Origin: Macrostomum lignano
Lineage: Eukaryota
Direction: 5' to 3'
NCBI GenBank assembly: GCA_002269645.1
Contig: NIVC01001053.1
Span: 28,193 to 92,192 of the forward strand
DNA length: 64,000 nt
A model generated the notes under the pieces. That model saw only the letters and a list, made by a program, of their open reading frames with translations, ran no database searches and was not told where the DNA came from. How positions within the stretch are numbered: position 1 is the first letter of the stretch; each line of letters starts with the position of its first letter. The position numbers were made by a program, and so were the translations under genes. Of this stretch, positions 63,152-64,000 are shown piece by piece.

Positions 63152-63370
63152 AAGGTTGACAGATATTTTTAGATTTCCAAGGCTTATTGGGGCATTGCTG
63201 AGATGTCAAGGGGGAAGTTGATATGTTAAAGCTTTGGGGGGGATAACTGACATGTCAAGGCTTACAAGGTTTGACAGGAGATTTTTTAAGATTTCAAGGA
63301 TACATGTAGCTTATTAAAAAAACGTGTATTGCATTTCTTTGGCTCCCCAACGGGGGGCGTAGATTGCTAG

Positions 63371-63860
63371 TCCATATACTAAAAATGGTCTGTCGGTATA
63401 TATGTGTGTGTGTGTGTGTGATCGATTTTAGCAAAAACGGCTCAACCGATTTTGTTCGAACTTGCACTGTTCAATCAGAAATTTTTCCGTGACGGTACAT
63501 GCATCTTGGCTAAGAAATTGCTCAATATTAAAGGGATTAAATATTCGAAAAACATGCTTTTTTGCAAAGGTCAAGCAGCTCTTTCGACTTGAAATGCATT
63601 GTAAGAATGCTAGCAGAAAAACTGACTGGTTGAATTCTGATACTGAAATAGATTGCATCACAATACACTTTATTTATCGTCTGTGTACTGGCTGAATTGA
63701 CACACAATTGAATTGCGTCACAGCTTTGAGTGTGAAAGCATAGCGCAGTACTGAATTTATATTACGTAACCATATTGTTAACTTTCATAGACACTGGTAC
63801 TGACTTGCCTAAGAAATTGATTATGTCATAACTGCTTCGTGTGACTTTTTACTCTACCTG
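63371..63860 (+). mobile_element. Helitron-like unit 4 (5' part)
   Basis: TCCATATACTAAAAATG at 63371, a (TG)n microsatellite, and the same conserved core. Confidence 0.8.
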
Positions 63861-64000
63861 ACTGTTGTGTATGAGTGTGCATATGCATGTGTGTGACACT
63901 GAAGCTTGGGCTATACTCGTATGAATATTACTGTCTATGGTATAAATACACGTGACGGCCTAGAGAGACGGCCATGCCCTCTGAGCTTTAGTTTCATCAG

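Larger units (their letters stand above)
57082..63370 (+). mobile_element. Helitron-like unit 3
   Basis: TCCTATATACTAAAAATG at 57082 with a (TA)n microsatellite. Ends GCTCCCCAACGGGGGGC hairpin then CTAG (63367-63370). Confidence 0.85.

Overview
This is eukaryotic (animal) genomic DNA. It is AT-rich and repeat-dominated, with GC-rich polyQ/polyA-type exons and short GT-AG introns. The overall style resembles a free-living flatworm such as Macrostomum, but that is inference only. There are five spliced genes. (1) An uncharacterised low-complexity/coiled-coil gene (minus, 1028-3642) whose polyQ exon is interrupted by a 5'-truncated RNase H-bearing non-LTR retrotransposon with a 12-bp TSD. (2) RGP1 (minus, 4 exons, 5317-7993, one homopolymer frameshift). 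(3) NIP7 (plus, 2 exons, 31466-32101). (4) An uncharacterised multi-exon gene (plus, 33112-37829). (5) GPS2 (minus, 3 exons, 40635-44178). The rest is TE and satellite DNA: two tRNA-SINE copies, decayed Penelope-like and mariner fragments, many MITEs and minisatellites, and a family of non-autonomous Helitron-like elements (5'-TC ... hairpin-CTAG-3'). Each Helitron-like copy carries differently expanded internal satellites, and four copies are joined head-to-tail from about 48.9 kb to the window end. The standout oddity is a CRISPR-like repeat/spacer array at 46423-46741. Its repeats look like an LTR 3' end plus a tRNA-Leu primer-binding site and are separated by unrelated purine-rich spacers. 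Two long domains (about 7.8-16.4 kb and 25.2-30.1 kb) are strongly CpG-depleted. No cas genes, rRNA genes or intact tRNA genes were recognised.
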